Assembly: GCF_006345805.1 (NCBI RefSeq)
Contig: NC_042997.1
Coordinates: 113,708,001-113,772,000 of the forward strand
Reading direction: 5' to 3'
Source of the DNA: Octopus sinensis
Lineage: Eukaryota
DNA: 64,000 bases
Shown here: piece after piece, positions 1 through 14,283 of the stretch
How the letters are laid out: the number at the start of each line of letters is the position of its first letter
Position numbering within the stretch: position 1 is the first letter of the stretch
Notes under the pieces: model-generated
What the model was told of the DNA's origin: nothing
What the model saw: the letters and a program-made list of their open reading frames with translations, nothing else
Database searches by the model: none
Translations under genes and position numbers: made by a program

Positions 1-257
1 ATGAAAGAGGGGTGAATTGCATGTATAGGCAACTGCTAGTTTTCCATAAGAAAAAATCTTCCCCATACATGCAGGAGTTGCTGTGTGATGAGTAGCTAGT
101 TTACCAACCACATGGTTCCAGGTTCAGTCCCACTGCATGGCACCTTGGGCAAGTGTCTTCTACTATAGCTTCAAGCCAACCAAAGCCTTGTGAGTGGATT
201 TGGTAGACAGAAACTAAAAGAAGCTGCCCATCATATATATATATATATATATATATA

Positions 258-444
258 GGCGCAGGAGTGGCTGTGTGGTAAGTAGCTTGCTTACTAACCA
301 CATGGTTCCGGGTTCAGTCCCATTGCATGGCACCTTGGGCAAGTGTCTTCAACTATAGCTTCACCAACTGAAGCCATGTGAGTGGATTTGGTAGGCGGAA
401 ACTGAAAGAAGCTGATCATGTATATGTGTGTGTATATATATATA

Positions 445-487
<43 letters not shown>

Positions 488-703
488 ATATATATGTGTG
501 TGTGTGTGTATATATATGTGTGTGTGTGTGTGTATATATGTGTGTGTGTGTGTATATATGTGTGTGTGTGTGTGTATATATATGTGTGTGTGTGTGTGTG
601 TATATATATGTGTGTGTGTGTGTGTATATATATGTGTGTGTGTGTGTATATATGTGTGTGTGTGTGTATATATATGTGTGTGTGTGTGGTATATATATGT
701 GTG

Positions 704-743
<40 letters not shown>

Positions 744-1255
744 ATATATATGTGTGTGTGTGTGTATATATATGTGTGTGTGTGTGTGTATATATGTGTG
801 TGTGTGTATATATATGTGTGTGTGTGTGGTGTATATATATGTGTGTGTGTGGTGTGTATATATATGTGTGTGTGGTGTGTGTATATATGTGTGTGTGTGT
901 GTATATATATGTGTGTGTGTGTGTATATATATGTGTGTGTGGTGTGTATATATATGTGTGTGTGTGTATATATATGTGTGTGTGTGTATATATATATGTG
1001 TGTGTGTATATATATGTGTGTGTGTATATATATATATGTGTGTGTATATATATATATATATGTGTGTGTGTGTCTGGCTGTCTGTCTGTACCCCTACCAT
1101 CACTTGACAACCAATGCCGGTGTGTTTACATCCCCACAACTTAGCAGTTCAACAAGAGAGACCGATATAATAACTACTAGGCTTACAAAGATTCACTTGA
1201 CTAAAGGTGATGCTCCAGCATGGCTGCAGTCAAATGACTGAAACAAATAAAAGAA
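258..1255 (+). mobile_element. tRNA-headed SINE family A, full-length copy with a hugely expanded central microsatellite
   Basis: Head GGCTGTGTGGTAAG...GGTTCAGTCCC (Pol III A/B-box-like), conserved body, tail ...CAGTCAAATGACTGAAACAAATAAAAG. An adjacent partial copy lies at ~71-230. tRNA-derived SINEs are known from octopus, but the named family was not determined. Confidence 0.85.
418..1075. repeat. Compound (TA)n/(TG)n array, ~650 bp
   Basis: Directly visible; higher-order unit approximately (TA)3-4(TG)5-8. Confidence 0.97.
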
Positions 1256-2147
1256 TACCTTTACGTACATATGCTGATATATGATTGACATTGACTGACA
1301 GAGGCCTTTGTATTTGGAATAGTTCATTATTTTGACTTTCTTCAGTTGCAGCTTCCAAAGCCCTGCTACTGTTAAAGATTGACAGGTACTATGCTTTATA
1401 CCTATCAGTCCACAACCCAGTCCACATATGTGTAAATAGATACTGTATGACAATATAATACATCACTGTCTCCAGAAGAGGTATCCTATTATAATTTATT
1501 GTTGTACCATTAGTTTTCACTTCTTGGATCAAATTCCTCTTATGTAACGTTCTCTGTAGCATTTCCGTCTGTGAAAGATTTCCTTTGCATTCACACAACA
1601 CCACAGGCTGGGAATTGGCAGACTTGTTAGAGTATTTAGTGGACTGTCTTCTGATATTTGTTCGAACTATCTACACTCAAAGTTCACATCCCACTGCAGT
1701 TAATTCTACCTTTCATCCTTTTGGGAGTCAATAACCACCAGTTCAAAGCAATGGATCAGTAGACCAGTAAGAGCATCGGATTAAGTGATTTGCAGTATTT
1801 TTTCTGGTTCTTTGTATTCTGAGTTCAAATCCCAATGTGGTCCACTTTAGTAGTAAGCTTAATCAATCACTTGGTTTTAACACCTTTAGCAGATTCTACT
1901 CTGTCGCAAGCATTTAGGTGAGATCTTGATGGCAACTAGCACAAACTGATAGCGACTGTCAGGCTCTTGTATTCATTTATTCTTCTCTCCTTTGTGTTAT
2001 GGGCAGCTATACTTGGGTTTGCAGCCAATGCAGTAAGGTTGAACCTAGAGCACATGTCACACAAACCCTACATCATTAACAATCACTAACACATCTCTTC
2101 ACTCTAAAAGTTCTTTTATTCATTGTTTGACAAGAATCCTACTTTAA

Positions 2148-2368
2148 CCCTTTTCTTACCATATTTCTGTTGAGACACTTTGTGTTTCTTTTAATTAATT
2201 TTAATACAAGGAAGAATTTAGTAAAATAACTTAGTTATCATTAAGCTAGTGTTAGGAACATAAATTGTGACTAAGGTTTGGTGAAAGATTTTAATTCAGA
2301 ACTTTTGAAAGCTAGACATTTGTGCTACAGAGCCAGAGGTGGTTTCAAGTAGGTTGTTATTGAAAGGG
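2148..2368. mobile_element. piggyBac-like MITE (TTAA TSD), copy 1
   Basis: TTAA|CCCTTT...AAAGGG|TTAA; interior homologous to the copies at 3806, 48378 and 49815. TTAA TSD with CCC termini is the established piggyBac signature. Confidence 0.8.
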
Positions 2369-3805
2369 TTAAACATGTAAAGTCCATCTACCATTTCAAC
2401 TGCATACTTCTCACCTTGTTTTGTTTCACTTTATAAGAAACTACATAAACTTAAAAGTAAATTTCTGCGATAATGTTACCAATATATATTACCCTGTGTT
2501 TGCAACGGTTTATAGATTCAATAGTGAAGTGATAAGAAAAAGAACAATGTCCTTAGCTCTGTGTTTATATATGGGAAGAGATTGTGTGAATGAATAAAGT
2601 TAGTTTAGTGCTTATTGTGATTCAATTATTTTTGTTGTCTTACACACCAGCGTTCTTCCATTTGGATATATTATCTTACAAAATGTAGCTGTTTGTTTCT
2701 GTTGTTTGACTTGTAAGCAGTCCACCGTGTTAAATCTTGATCATGTTGTCATAGAGTAAGAAGATATTTATTTGAGCCTCTGTATTTATCATCAATATAC
2801 AAAAGAAAACAAATTTTTCTTTGTTGCTGCTGTTGATTAAAACCTTCATTATTTGTGTTCATAAGAAATATGTAGAAAGTAAGAGATTAATGTGAAATAG
2901 ATTCAATGAGTATTAGCAGTTAATAACACTCTTCTACTTACCTGTTACCAGTGTTTGCAAGATGTAAGCTCTTCAAATAAGTGATTCAGGTTTCACACCT
3001 GATGGAAGTCTAACTTTTACCAAATAACCTCTACTGTTTCCACAGCCACATAAATCACAAATGTAAATTAGAATAGAATTTCAGAAACTAGATTTCATCA
3101 TCACAGTGTATGGCTGTTGGGGCAAACAGGGCCCCGTTGTTGTAATATTAAGTGTGGGAGTGAGAGCATACCGTGTAGCAGTGAGGGCATATTGTATGGC
3201 TGTGAGAGCATATTGGGTGACAGGGAGGGCATGCTGGCAGAATGATTACTGTGCAAAACAAAATGTTTAGCAGCATTTCTTCCAACTTTACATTCCACTG
3301 AGGTTAGTTTTGTCTTTCATTCTTTCAGGGTTGATGTAATAAGTACCAGTTAAGCACTGGGGTTCAATGTAATCAACTTACCCCTCCCCCCAAATTGCTG
3401 GTCTTGTGCAAAAATTTGAAACCATTATTACTGCTGTGTGGGCAGTGGATTGGTGGAATTGTTGAAGTATTGGGCAAATTCAAAATACCTTGTAGTATTT
3501 ATTCTGGCTCTTTGTTCTGAGTTCAAATCCCACTAATCCATGTGACATTTGATCAAAGTTTGTTCTTATAGTCAAAATTTTTCAGTCCCCCCACCCCTTA
3601 GACATTATGTATCTAAGTTTATGTTACTTAATGCATGTTTCATAAAATATTTAGGTTTGATTTTAGAGACATTAGTTGCTATTTCTATGTTGAGTGACCA
3701 TGCTGAGGTTCCTACTTTTAGTTTGGAGTTAAGGATAGAAACCACAGAAATTTTGCCAGACCTCTCAATAGAGATACTCTAGAAAGTGTTTTTTCTGTAA
3801 TTTAA

Positions 3806-4022
3806 CCCTTTTGATACCAATCCATCTGAGACCACCCCTCCTGTTCTTTCATACAAACTTCCTGTTTTAAAGTGATCTAAATTAAAACCTTCCATCAAAT
3901 TTCCATCTTAATTTGTGTTCCAAACACCAGCTTAGTTATGACATTATTTTGATAAATTCTTCATTGTTTTCAAAATTAATTCATACTAAAGCAGTATGTA
4001 TAAAAATATGGTAACAAAATGG
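3806..4022. mobile_element. piggyBac-like MITE, copy 2 (opposite orientation to copy 1)
   Basis: TTAA at 3802-3805 and 4023-4026; interior is the reverse complement of copy 1. Confidence 0.75.
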
Positions 4023-4529
4023 TTAAACCCTGCCAACCAACATGTCTTCTAAATTATCAGATGGAAAATTTGCATCAATATACAATACTTTCTCAAAAGA
4101 TATTAGCAGCATTATGTAACCGAATCTCAGGTATTGCTTATTGGCACCATATCTCCTCTCTTACCTTATTCACTTTCCTGATAAATTAACATTTCCAAAT
4201 TGATTATCCCCACCACTACCATCAACACTTTGTGTAAAACATTTCAGAATATTTAAATTTTCACTTCCTTTAGTTTACAGATTTTGTGAGAGAATTTAGT
4301 TTTCTGTTTTCATATATGTTGCCAAAAGTAACATTGCGTCTTGTTTCAATAAAATGCTTGCACTATGTAACCAGCATTGATTTTAGTATCTTGGCTTATG
4401 TTCAAACTCCATAAATAACAAGTGAAGACTTTACACTTATTTTTCAGTAATTTTTCCCAGTAGTTATAATATAACTACCGAGGAAAATTTTGCTTCCGTT
4501 TGTTTCTCTGTGCATTATTTGACAGAATA

Positions 4530-4567
4530 ACAGAGGTAGATAGATTGATAGATAGATAGATTGATAG

Positions 4568-4607
<40 letters not shown>

Positions 4608-4800
4608 GTAGAGGGACGTAGATGGATAGATGAATGGATGTAGATAGATAGATGGATGGGTGGATATAGATAGATAGACGGATGTAGAAAGATAGAGAGA
4701 TGGATGGATGGATGTAGATAGGTAGATAGATAGATAAATGGAGGGAGAAGATAGTTAGTAAGGTAGACAGAAGACAGAGAGAGGCCAAGAGATAGATATT
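4530..4800. repeat. (GATA)n/(GATG)n tetranucleotide array, degenerate
   Basis: Directly visible. Confidence 0.93.
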
Positions 4801-5023
4801 ATATATTGTTTGCTGAATGATAAGATATTGCAACCAATAAACCAACTGCTCAACACCTCCAGTATTTTCTTGAAACTTGTGCCCAATCTAATTTTCAAGA
4901 TAAACATTAATAAAAGTTCCTCTTCTCATTAATGTCTCCTTGCCAGAGTTCTGGCAATATTTTACTGCAACGCATTGAACCGTATAATAATCTTCCTCTA
5001 ACAGAATGATATGTTGCTTCTGC

Positions 5024-5062
<39 letters not shown>

Positions 5063-8000
5063 GAGAGAGAGAGAGACAAACAGACAGACAAATGGAAGGA
5101 AGGGAAAGAATAAATGGGAATCAACCTTTCTTTCAGACATATTTTATTAAACATATGATTTTGTTCTGTTTACGTTTTGAGCATATTTACTTTAGATTTT
5201 CTCATATTTCGTTATTAATTTTGTCTTTATAATCAACAGAATGTCCATTCCATCTTACAAAGCTGGATGCATTTTGCATTGGTATTTTTTTTTTAATATT
5301 TTTTTTTCTTTTTAATTTTCTTTTCTATTGAATATTCTAAAGGAATGCTGAGATTAATAAAATGGCATTAATAGGAAAGTTTTAATTAACACTCTCCACT
5401 GCCCTCAGTATATTGTTTTGTATGTGTGTGTGTGTGTGTTGTTTATGTTGGATGTATTGAGATATCAATATTGTCTGTACAACTCAGCATTGTTTCAATT
5501 TGTGAACAATCCTATATTTAATAACAGTTGAGTTCTCTCTGTGTTCTCTTCTTGCACAGTGATGATGATGATGAGGAGGAGGAGGGACGGTAGCGAGAAG
5601 GAAGAGGATGATGGTGATGAAGATGGAACTATTGTAGATAAAAATCATTTAAAATAAGGGTGGTGAGGTGGATGGTGACAATGATGATGAAGCCAAATGT
5701 TGGCTCTAAAACCAATTTACTTTAAAATATCCCTTACACATCTTCAGACTATTGATTGTTACATTTACAGTCCACCAGTTCAAGTTTGGTGTGGCTGTAA
5801 CAAATGTTAAAAGCTTCACTTCAGACTTGTTCCATTCCATTTTTATGCCTAGATTCAGTTATTTCTTTCAACTGCAGTTCAATTTTTTGCAAAAGAAGCA
5901 GCTCAATACCATAATGCTTCTCCAGTATCTTATGGGGACTGATTTTCTTGATCGAAAATAAATAAATCAGCTCCAAGAAAATTTGATCCGAGGACAATGA
6001 GGCACCAAATTTTGGGCCCCTATGAAGTGCCTAGTATGGCTCTGTGTCATAAAGCATCTATCATGGCTTTGTCATTAAGCATATCATAAATCATCTGTCA
6101 TGGCTCTGTCATAAAATATCTTGTATGTATAGTTCTATATAAGACACGTCCTATAGTTCTCTGTTACAAAACATCTAGTATGGTTCTATGTCATAAAATA
6201 TCTTGTACGTTCTATATGAACAATCATCATTTTCCTTGCAAATATTTAATTATAATAATGACAGGAACCTAATTTAATTATCTGCTCCATTAGTTTTGTT
6301 TAGATTGTTACTACCAAAGTCATTGAAAGCTAAGTTGAAAAGGAAGTCAACAACAGCAAAAAATGAATCTTATCATTCACACAATTAAGTAATGTTTCAG
6401 TGTCTGTTACACTAATTACAATAATTATTACAATAAATGGTTGTAGTAAGCATTCTTTCAAAGGACATCAGCACTAATAAATCCACAAGTATCACCCAGG
6501 GAACTGCAGAAACTAAGAGAGTAAAATAGATAACTATCTGGTTTATAAATCTGTGATATTATTTGTTGCTTCATAATAAATTTCCTATCTTTTCCTTTCT
6601 CTCTTTTACTGTTTTGTGTCCGTGTGTCCTTCTTTGCTTTTTTTGAGGGGGTTTGCTGGTCCTTTCAGTTGATAATATTACCCATTCCTCTTTCTGCATC
6701 ATCATTTTCTACCATTGGACCTGCAGTTTCTAGCTGAGCCAGCATTCCACTGGTGTTGGTGAATAGTTCTGTAAGCTTTCATAGTATGTATGTCTCTTGC
6801 AGTCGAAGTTAAAAGGAAAATCAGTCATATAGAACATCAGAGAATGTCATGGTAAAGTGAGTAAATATATCATATAACCTCACATATATGTCTTCTACGT
6901 TATTCTACTTTGCATGCCATTGGTTCCAAATCATTGTGTTTCTAACACCAACAGATGCTTAAACAACCACATACTTAATCCCATGAGTATTGTTCAGTCA
7001 ATTAATTATGCTTTCATCCATTGTTGTTGTTGATGATGATGAAAACTAATGTTATTGCTGTGTCATAGGATTTTACTCATAGAAAGAGCTGGCTTCTGAA
7101 TATCTACCAATGTAACATCATCAGTGAAGGCACATACATGGCTGTTTGATTAAGAAGTTGGCTTTCCTGTCGTGACTTTTAGGTTCATTTCCACTCCACA
7201 TCTTTTTCGGCAAGTGTTTACTATAGCCTTGTGAGTGGATTCAGGAGACAGAAACTGAAAAAACAGCCTGGTGTGTGTGTGTGTGCACATGCATTTGTTC
7301 ATGTTTGTATATCTTCAAAAAATCATTGGGCTGCAAACAGTGATGCTGTTATTTCTGCTGGTACAATTCATCTACTGACTTTGCTTCTTCAAAGATGTGT
7401 GGGATAAAAGGCCCCTTTCTTGAAAAACAGGTAATGGTTAGCAACAGGAAATGCAACCAGCTATTAAACAATGCCTTGGCATTCTATTTCTCTTATCCAC
7501 GCTGGTGTAGAACTACAAATGTAAAACCTACTAAACATCCTTGTTCATGTCAATTATTAATGTGATAGTGAATATTATAGAAAACAAATTTTCCACTGAC
7601 ACATGTTTACAAAACAGTTAAAATTTTTGTCATTTCCAGCCATTCCCCTTTCACTTAATACATTTCATAAGAATGAGGTTTACTGTTTCTCATTATCATC
7701 ATCATCATTGTTTTAACATCCATTTTTCCATGCTTGTATGAGTTAGACGGAATTCACTGAGGCAGATTTTGTGCTGCGAGATACCTTTCCTGTTATCACC
7801 CTCTTCAGTTTCCATGTGAGGTAATATTTCCCTTTAGCCAGACACCATTCTTCAAGGGAGACTGGAAATGAATGATACCGTTTGTATGACAGTGACACTT
7901 TCTTACAACTATCCTGTAAAGCCAACACACACACACACACACACATTCATGATATACATGTGTTTGTGTGATGGATGTCTTTCCATTTTTGCCCACCATA

Positions 8001-9257
8001 TCCACTCACAAGGCATTGGCTGACTTAGGGCTGTAGCAGAACTAGCTCAAGGTGCATCTATGTCTGTACCTCCTCTGAAAGTTTGAAATCCATAATTAGA
8101 GAAGAAATAATTATAAATCAGTAAGTAGCGAATTTCTCTTGTATCATTAGAATCTTTGGGGCAGTTACCATTATCAAACATTCTTGTGTCTCTTCACTTT
8201 AATTCTAAAATTTATTATTTTATCCCCTTTTATTATCAGATTCCTGTTGAAATATCCCCTCTTTATTTCAATTAGTTTGGGAAATAATGAAGAATATAGT
8301 AAAACTTAAATTAGCATGAAATTTTAAAGGGTAATTTCAATTTAGATCACTTTAAAACAGGAATCTTCTACTATAGAAACATGGGCACTCTTGGACAGGA
8401 TGGTATTAAAAGAGTGTAAGAAACCAGTGGTTCCTATATGCATCAGTGTATAAACCTACCTACCAATGTGTGTGTGTGTGTGTGTGCGATGCATGAACAT
8501 ATTCTCGCTGTTTTTTGCTTCTCTTATAATTGTTTTTTGTTTTTTCCTCAAACTTGTAGCTCACTCGTTTTGTATCCAAATAACTTGATAAAAAACATAA
8601 CTTAGACAAATGATGTTTGTTTTTCATTTTACATAGTTATCTGTGAAATAAAGAAAAATGGCGTTTCCTAGCTACAGGAGTTTTGAGATGCTAAAGCAAG
8701 ATTAGACATTCAGATTTTGTTTTTCCAATAAATAATGCTCATCATATATCCAAGTCACACACACACACACAAAAAAAGCCAAAAGGCAAAGTAGGTTTCT
8801 TTTATTAATTTTGAAATAATTATCTGTGAAATAAAAAAAAATTAGGTTTCTTATTTTCAGAATTATCTGAGTTGGTTAAAACAATCAAGGAAGTAAACAA
8901 ACTGGATAAAGACTATCTTCAGAACCCCATACAAATGTGTGTCCATCCATAAATATATATCATCATCATCGTTTAACGTCCGCTTTCCATGCTATAGCAT
9001 AGGTTGGATGATTTTGACTGAAGGCTGGCAAACTAGATGGCTGCACCAGGCTCCAATCTTGATCTGGCAGAGTTTCTACAGCTGGATGCCCTTCCTAACG
9101 CCAACCACTCCGAGAGTGTAGTGGGTGCTTTTTACATGCCACCGGCACAGGGGCCAGTCAGGCGGTACTGGCAATGACCTCGCTCGAATCTTTTTACACG
9201 TGCCACAGTGAAGCGACGTTGGTAACGATCACGCTCGAATGATGTCATATTTATATT

Positions 9258-9640
9258 CTTTTGCTCTTACTTGTTTCAGTCACTTGATTGTGGTTATGCT
9301 GGAGTACCACCTTTAGTCAAACAAGTTGACCCCAGGACTTATTCTTTGTAAGCCTAATACTTATCCTATCGGTCTCTTTTGCCAAACCACTAAGTTACAG
9401 GGACATAAACACACCAGCATCAGTTGTCAAGCAATGATGGGGGGACAAATACAGACACACAAACATATACATATATATATAATGGGCTTCTTTCAGTTTC
9501 CATCTACCAAATCCTCTCACAAAGCTTTGGTTGGCCTGAGGCTATGGTGGAAGACACTTGCCCAAGGTACCATGCAGTGGGGCTAAACCTGGAACCATGT
9601 GGTTGGGAAGCAAGCTTCTTACCACATAGCCACATCTGCA
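9258..9640 (-). mobile_element. SINE family A, full-length copy (representative)
   Basis: Reverse complement of the 258-1255 element with a short central microsatellite. Other minus copies at ~10845-11220, 11630-12000, 14575-14730, 25858-26240 and 31446-31605; plus partials at ~7126-7270, 9655-9775, 37065-37195, 40677-40810 and 42660-42725. Confidence 0.85.
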
Positions 9641-12600
9641 CCTATATATACACACACCCAACAACATGGTTCTGGGTTTAGTCCTACTGCTTGGCACATG
9701 TCTTCTACTATACTTTCAGGCCAACCAAAGTTTTGTGAATGGATTTGGTAAATGGAAACTGAAAGAACCCCTATTTTGTGTGTGTATGTGTTGTGTACAT
9801 ATATTATATAGGTGTGAGTGTGTATATATATATGTGTGTGTGTGTGTATGTATGTATGTATAGACATAGACACATCCCTACCTGACATAATTTCTTAATA
9901 GTGTTTCTTATGATGAGTGAAAGCTCATAGCCTAATAATTAGTGTGTTGGACGTACAATCATTAGGTTGTCAGTTCAATTCTCAGATCAGGAGCTACATT
10001 GTGTCCTTGAGCAAGACCTTTCATTTCTCATCTGAAAAGGCATTACCAGAAACAGCTGGAAGAGGTGAGCCACAACAAACTTAGCATCTCATTCAATCCT
10101 GTACCCTCAATCACCTAAGGCCCCAGTTTAATAATCCTATAAGCTCAGGGCACACATCCGATATGATTGCAGTGATGTACAGTTATTTAGTATAATTCTC
10201 TTTCTCCCATTACATACAGAAGAAGATTATTGATTGTTATTTTTTAACCCCAGGTCAACTCTAATTGGACAGACCTACAATCAAAGACTTTCTAGCTCTG
10301 ACCTTCCCAGTGCCCTAGTGGTTAGGGTGTTGAGCTCACAATCATAAAGTCATTGGTTCAATTCCTGCACCAGGCAACAAGTTATATCCTTGAACAATCA
10401 CATCATTTCACATTACTTTTGCCCACTTGGCTAGAAATGAGTACCAACCACCTACTGGTACAGCATTCTTTTGCACTTTTCAGCAGTCACATCTTGGATG
10501 TTCCACTGGATCAGGGGTGGGAGGGTCCAAGAGGATGTCTATATCTGCTCATGACTACATTTGGCACTTAAAATAATTAGTGAAGGCAATTACATGCTAC
10601 CAAGTCCTACTCGCTAAGCAAGACTACATGACCTAATGTGGCCTTTCTTTAACCCTTTTCCATTTAAACCAGCCATAACTGGCCCTAATATTCTACCTGC
10701 TTTATGTTGAAACCAGCCAGATCTGGTCTCTCACACCTACCCTACAATGTCATTCTAAAAATAAACAATCACACCATCAAAACCATGAGATAATGCATGA
10801 TTAATTCAATAATTCAAACATTACATTTAACAGAATATTCTTTTATTTGTTTCAGTCATTTGACTGCAGCCATACTGGAGCACCGCCTTTAGTCAAACAA
10901 ATTGACACCAAAACTTATTCTTTGTAAGCCTAGTACTTATTCTATCAGTCTCTTAAGCTGAACCACTAAGTTATGAGGACGTAAACATACCAACATTGGT
11001 TTTCAAGTGATGGTGGTGGGGACAAACAGACACACAAACACACACATATATATACATACATACGATGAGCTTCTTTCAGTTTCCATCTACCAAACCTACT
11101 CATGAGGCTTTGGTTGGCCTGAGGCTATAGTAGAAGACACTTTCCCAAGGTGTCATGCAGTGGGACTGAACCCAGAACCATATGGTTGGTAAGCAAGCTA
11201 TTTACCACACAGCCACTCCTTGGGAAATTTGGTTGCTATTTCTAACAAGTAGAATGACCATGTAAAGAGCACCTCTTGTCTATGGCCTTTGTATTTTTAG
11301 TGAAGCATAAAAAAAAAAGCAGAAGAGTTGATGTCACTAAAGTTATTTACTTATTTATAGTCTGTATTCAATTTTGTCTTCTCTACAAAAATAACTTCAA
11401 TGTAGAATGAGGAAACTATTGTTCTTTCTTTAGATAATACCTTGGAGTTATTTACTGTCTAAATGATTCTATTGTTCTATGCCAACTCACATACATTCTT
11501 GCATATAAGTATACTTAGTGATCCTCCCATCTCTATTCCAGCGTGTTCAATGACATGTATATTTCAGTGATGAAGACCTCATAAGATTCAAACATGTCTG
11601 GAGTTGTCTCCCTTACCCTTTTGTTTATTTTCTTTTGTTTCAATCATTAGACTGTGACCATGCTGGGGCACTACATTGAGGAATTTTAGTCAAACTAATC
11701 AAACATGGTACTTATTTTTTTGAACCTGAGACTTATTCTATCAGACAGTTTTGTTAAACTGCTAAGTTATGGGGACATAAACAAACTAACACCAGTTGTC
11801 AAGCTGTTATGAGGAACAAAGACACACATACATAGCCATATATACAACAGGCTTCTTTCAGTTTCTGTCTACCAAATCCACTCGAGGCTTTGGTTGGGTT
11901 GGGGCTATAGTTTGAAGACACTTGCAAAAGGTGCCGTGTGGGGGGGTTGAACTCAAAACCATGTATTTACAAAACAAGCTTCTTAATCACACAGTCATGC
12001 ATTGAAATAATTAGTAAAAGTCTAATATTGTTCTTCCCTCATTATATTATTATTCCTAATTAACTAATTAATGTTTATGACAAAATATGTTAATTCTCTC
12101 AAAGTTAAAGATAAATTTCATATTTTGACTCAAGGTCATAAATAACTCAGGTAAGGTTGTGTGTATGTGTGTGTGTATGTCTATATGTATATATTTATGC
12201 ATGTATGTGATGGCCCAGCTGTGGCTTGCAAACTGCATGTGGTCCTTGAAGTTTCTATGTGTGGCTTCGATGGTAATATTGGGTTTCACTGCTGTTCTTT
12301 CCTATAAATACTATGCAGCCATGCACACAAACACACACAAATATATGTGTCTATGTGTAAATATTATTCTTATGGTTATGTGTATATATGTGTTTGTGTG
12401 TATGTGCATGTATGTGTATATATGGTCACTTCAATCAATTCCTCTTGTTGGTATTTAACCTCAGGTTAGATCTATGACTTAAGACATTCCACTCATGCCC
12501 ATTCTTTCTTAGTATATAGAACTACTTTATCTTTATTTTTATGTCCTTCGTATTTTTCAAGACAATTGGGTGTTATTTAGTGAGAGGGCAGCTTGATTGC

Positions 12601-14283
12601 TATTTCAAGCAAGCCAACCAATCACCTAGAGGCTCCTTCATTGGTTTGGAATCATGTCAGTGTATCACTGGTACATATTTAATCAACCGTAACAAGATGA
12701 AAGACAAACTTAACCCCATTAAGATTTAAACTTGGAGCATAAAGAGAAAATACTAATTTTGTGTGACACTGTTCTACTGTTTCTGCAGCTCTCTGATGTT
12801 TGCAGTGGAAATATTTTTGGGTGAAAGAAGAGGCTTAAAATAAACATACTGGGAAGAGATTAATTATCTGTGGGGGAAGGGGGTACATATGTATGTCGTG
12901 TGTTTGTGAGCATGTGTACATTGTGTATGTTTTATGTGCATGTTTATGTTGTGTGTGTGTGTTGTGTGCACAAGTATGCCGTGTGTGTGTGTGTGTGTTT
13001 TGATATTTTTTATTTATATATTTATTCTCAGCCATAAATTACTTATAGCAAACACAACCTAACGCTGATAATAATGACCTGAATATGTTGGTTGCCCTTG
13101 AAATATTGTGGAACAATACTGAATTGAGAGGAGAGCTATGAGTTCTTTCTTCAGTATACTCCACCCGATCATTAGCCCATCTTATTATGGCATAAAATAC
13201 CCAAATGTATAAATATTCATTCATTAAACATTGGGGGGAGGGGGTGGGTCCATGCCAGCATGGGTTAGATGAAAACATATTTGAAGCAGAATTTTACAGC
13301 CAGATGCTCTTCTTGTCACCAATTGTTAGCTTTCTTTTCTCATGTGAAGGACTTCTTTTATTTTACAACTTTAATTCCAAAGTGCAAAGCAAGTGGTCAT
13401 CAACAAAGAATGTCAACATTCTGACATGGGTATACACACATACATGATGGTTATCAACTCATCAAATGAGTATGACCATAGCTGACTAAATAAATGAGTA
13501 GAACCGGTGGCATGTAAAGAGCACCCACTACACTCACGGAGTGGTTGGCGTTAGGAAGGGCATCCAGTTGTAGAAACACTGCCAGATCAAACTGGAGCCT
13601 GATGCAGCCTCTTGGCTTCCCAGACCCCAGTTGAACCATCTAACCCATGCTAGCATGGAAAATGGACATTAAACGATGATGATGATGACCATGGCTGACT
13701 AAATAAAATGCTAAACTTAAAGAAAGCATTCAGTTAGCAGTACAGGAGATAACTCCTGAAATGCTTCAAAGTGGATAGATTTGAAATTTGCAGGGATACA
13801 GATGGAGCACAGGTTGAAAATTTTAAAATAAAGTTTTGACATAAAATTTATAAATCTATTTGTTTTGGTATCATAATTGGATAAGAAACATCAAATTCTG
13901 TCAGTTTTTTTTTTTTTAATTTGTCTGATTTCATTGAAATAGATAGTTAATTCTGGGACCCCCTGTAGTTTGTAGGAGGTCTTTCTACATGGTTTTCTTG
14001 TGGCTCACCAGGCCTGTGTGAGACATATATATGTTGCCACAGACTTTGTAGGGTCAATGGCATAGTCTTTTCGTGCTGATCTCCTTATGCATGACCCCTC
14101 ATTTCCATTTTGCTGGAATGTGCTCACTCCATCATAGACATTTTGCTTCCAAGTTTTCTTATTGTATGATATACCTTCTCACTCCTGTTTTGAAATCTCA
14201 CAGATTCCAAGTGATTCTTTTAGGTTGTCCTTAAACCACTTTCTTGGCTTATTTTGTGGTCAAGTGCCTTGTGACAGTTCACC

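Noticed and set aside
101-301. Recurring peptide VEDTCPRCH...GLNLEPCGW in many short ORFs, suggesting a peptide gene family
   Set aside because: All map to the antisense strand of SINE family A copies.
294-1241. Five long ORFs (229-287 aa) of THIY/VCVY repeats
   Set aside because: Translation of a (TA)n/(TG)n array that has no stop codons in most frames; not protein-coding.
5545-5700. Acceptor-like cttgcacag followed by an acidic (GAT/GAG)n stretch as an exon
   Set aside because: The acidic frame stops after ten codons; trinucleotide low complexity explains it.
9480-9790. Back-to-back inverted SINE A pair (also inverted family B pairs at 28030-28595 and 31255-31800) as a special structure
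   Set aside because: Expected by chance at this repeat density, and the copies are diverged.
12130-12138. Perfect NR5 sites TCAAGGTCA at 12130-12138 and 56539-56547 as autoregulatory elements
   Set aside because: One or two hits of a 9-mer in 128 kb of both strands is close to chance; no supporting context.
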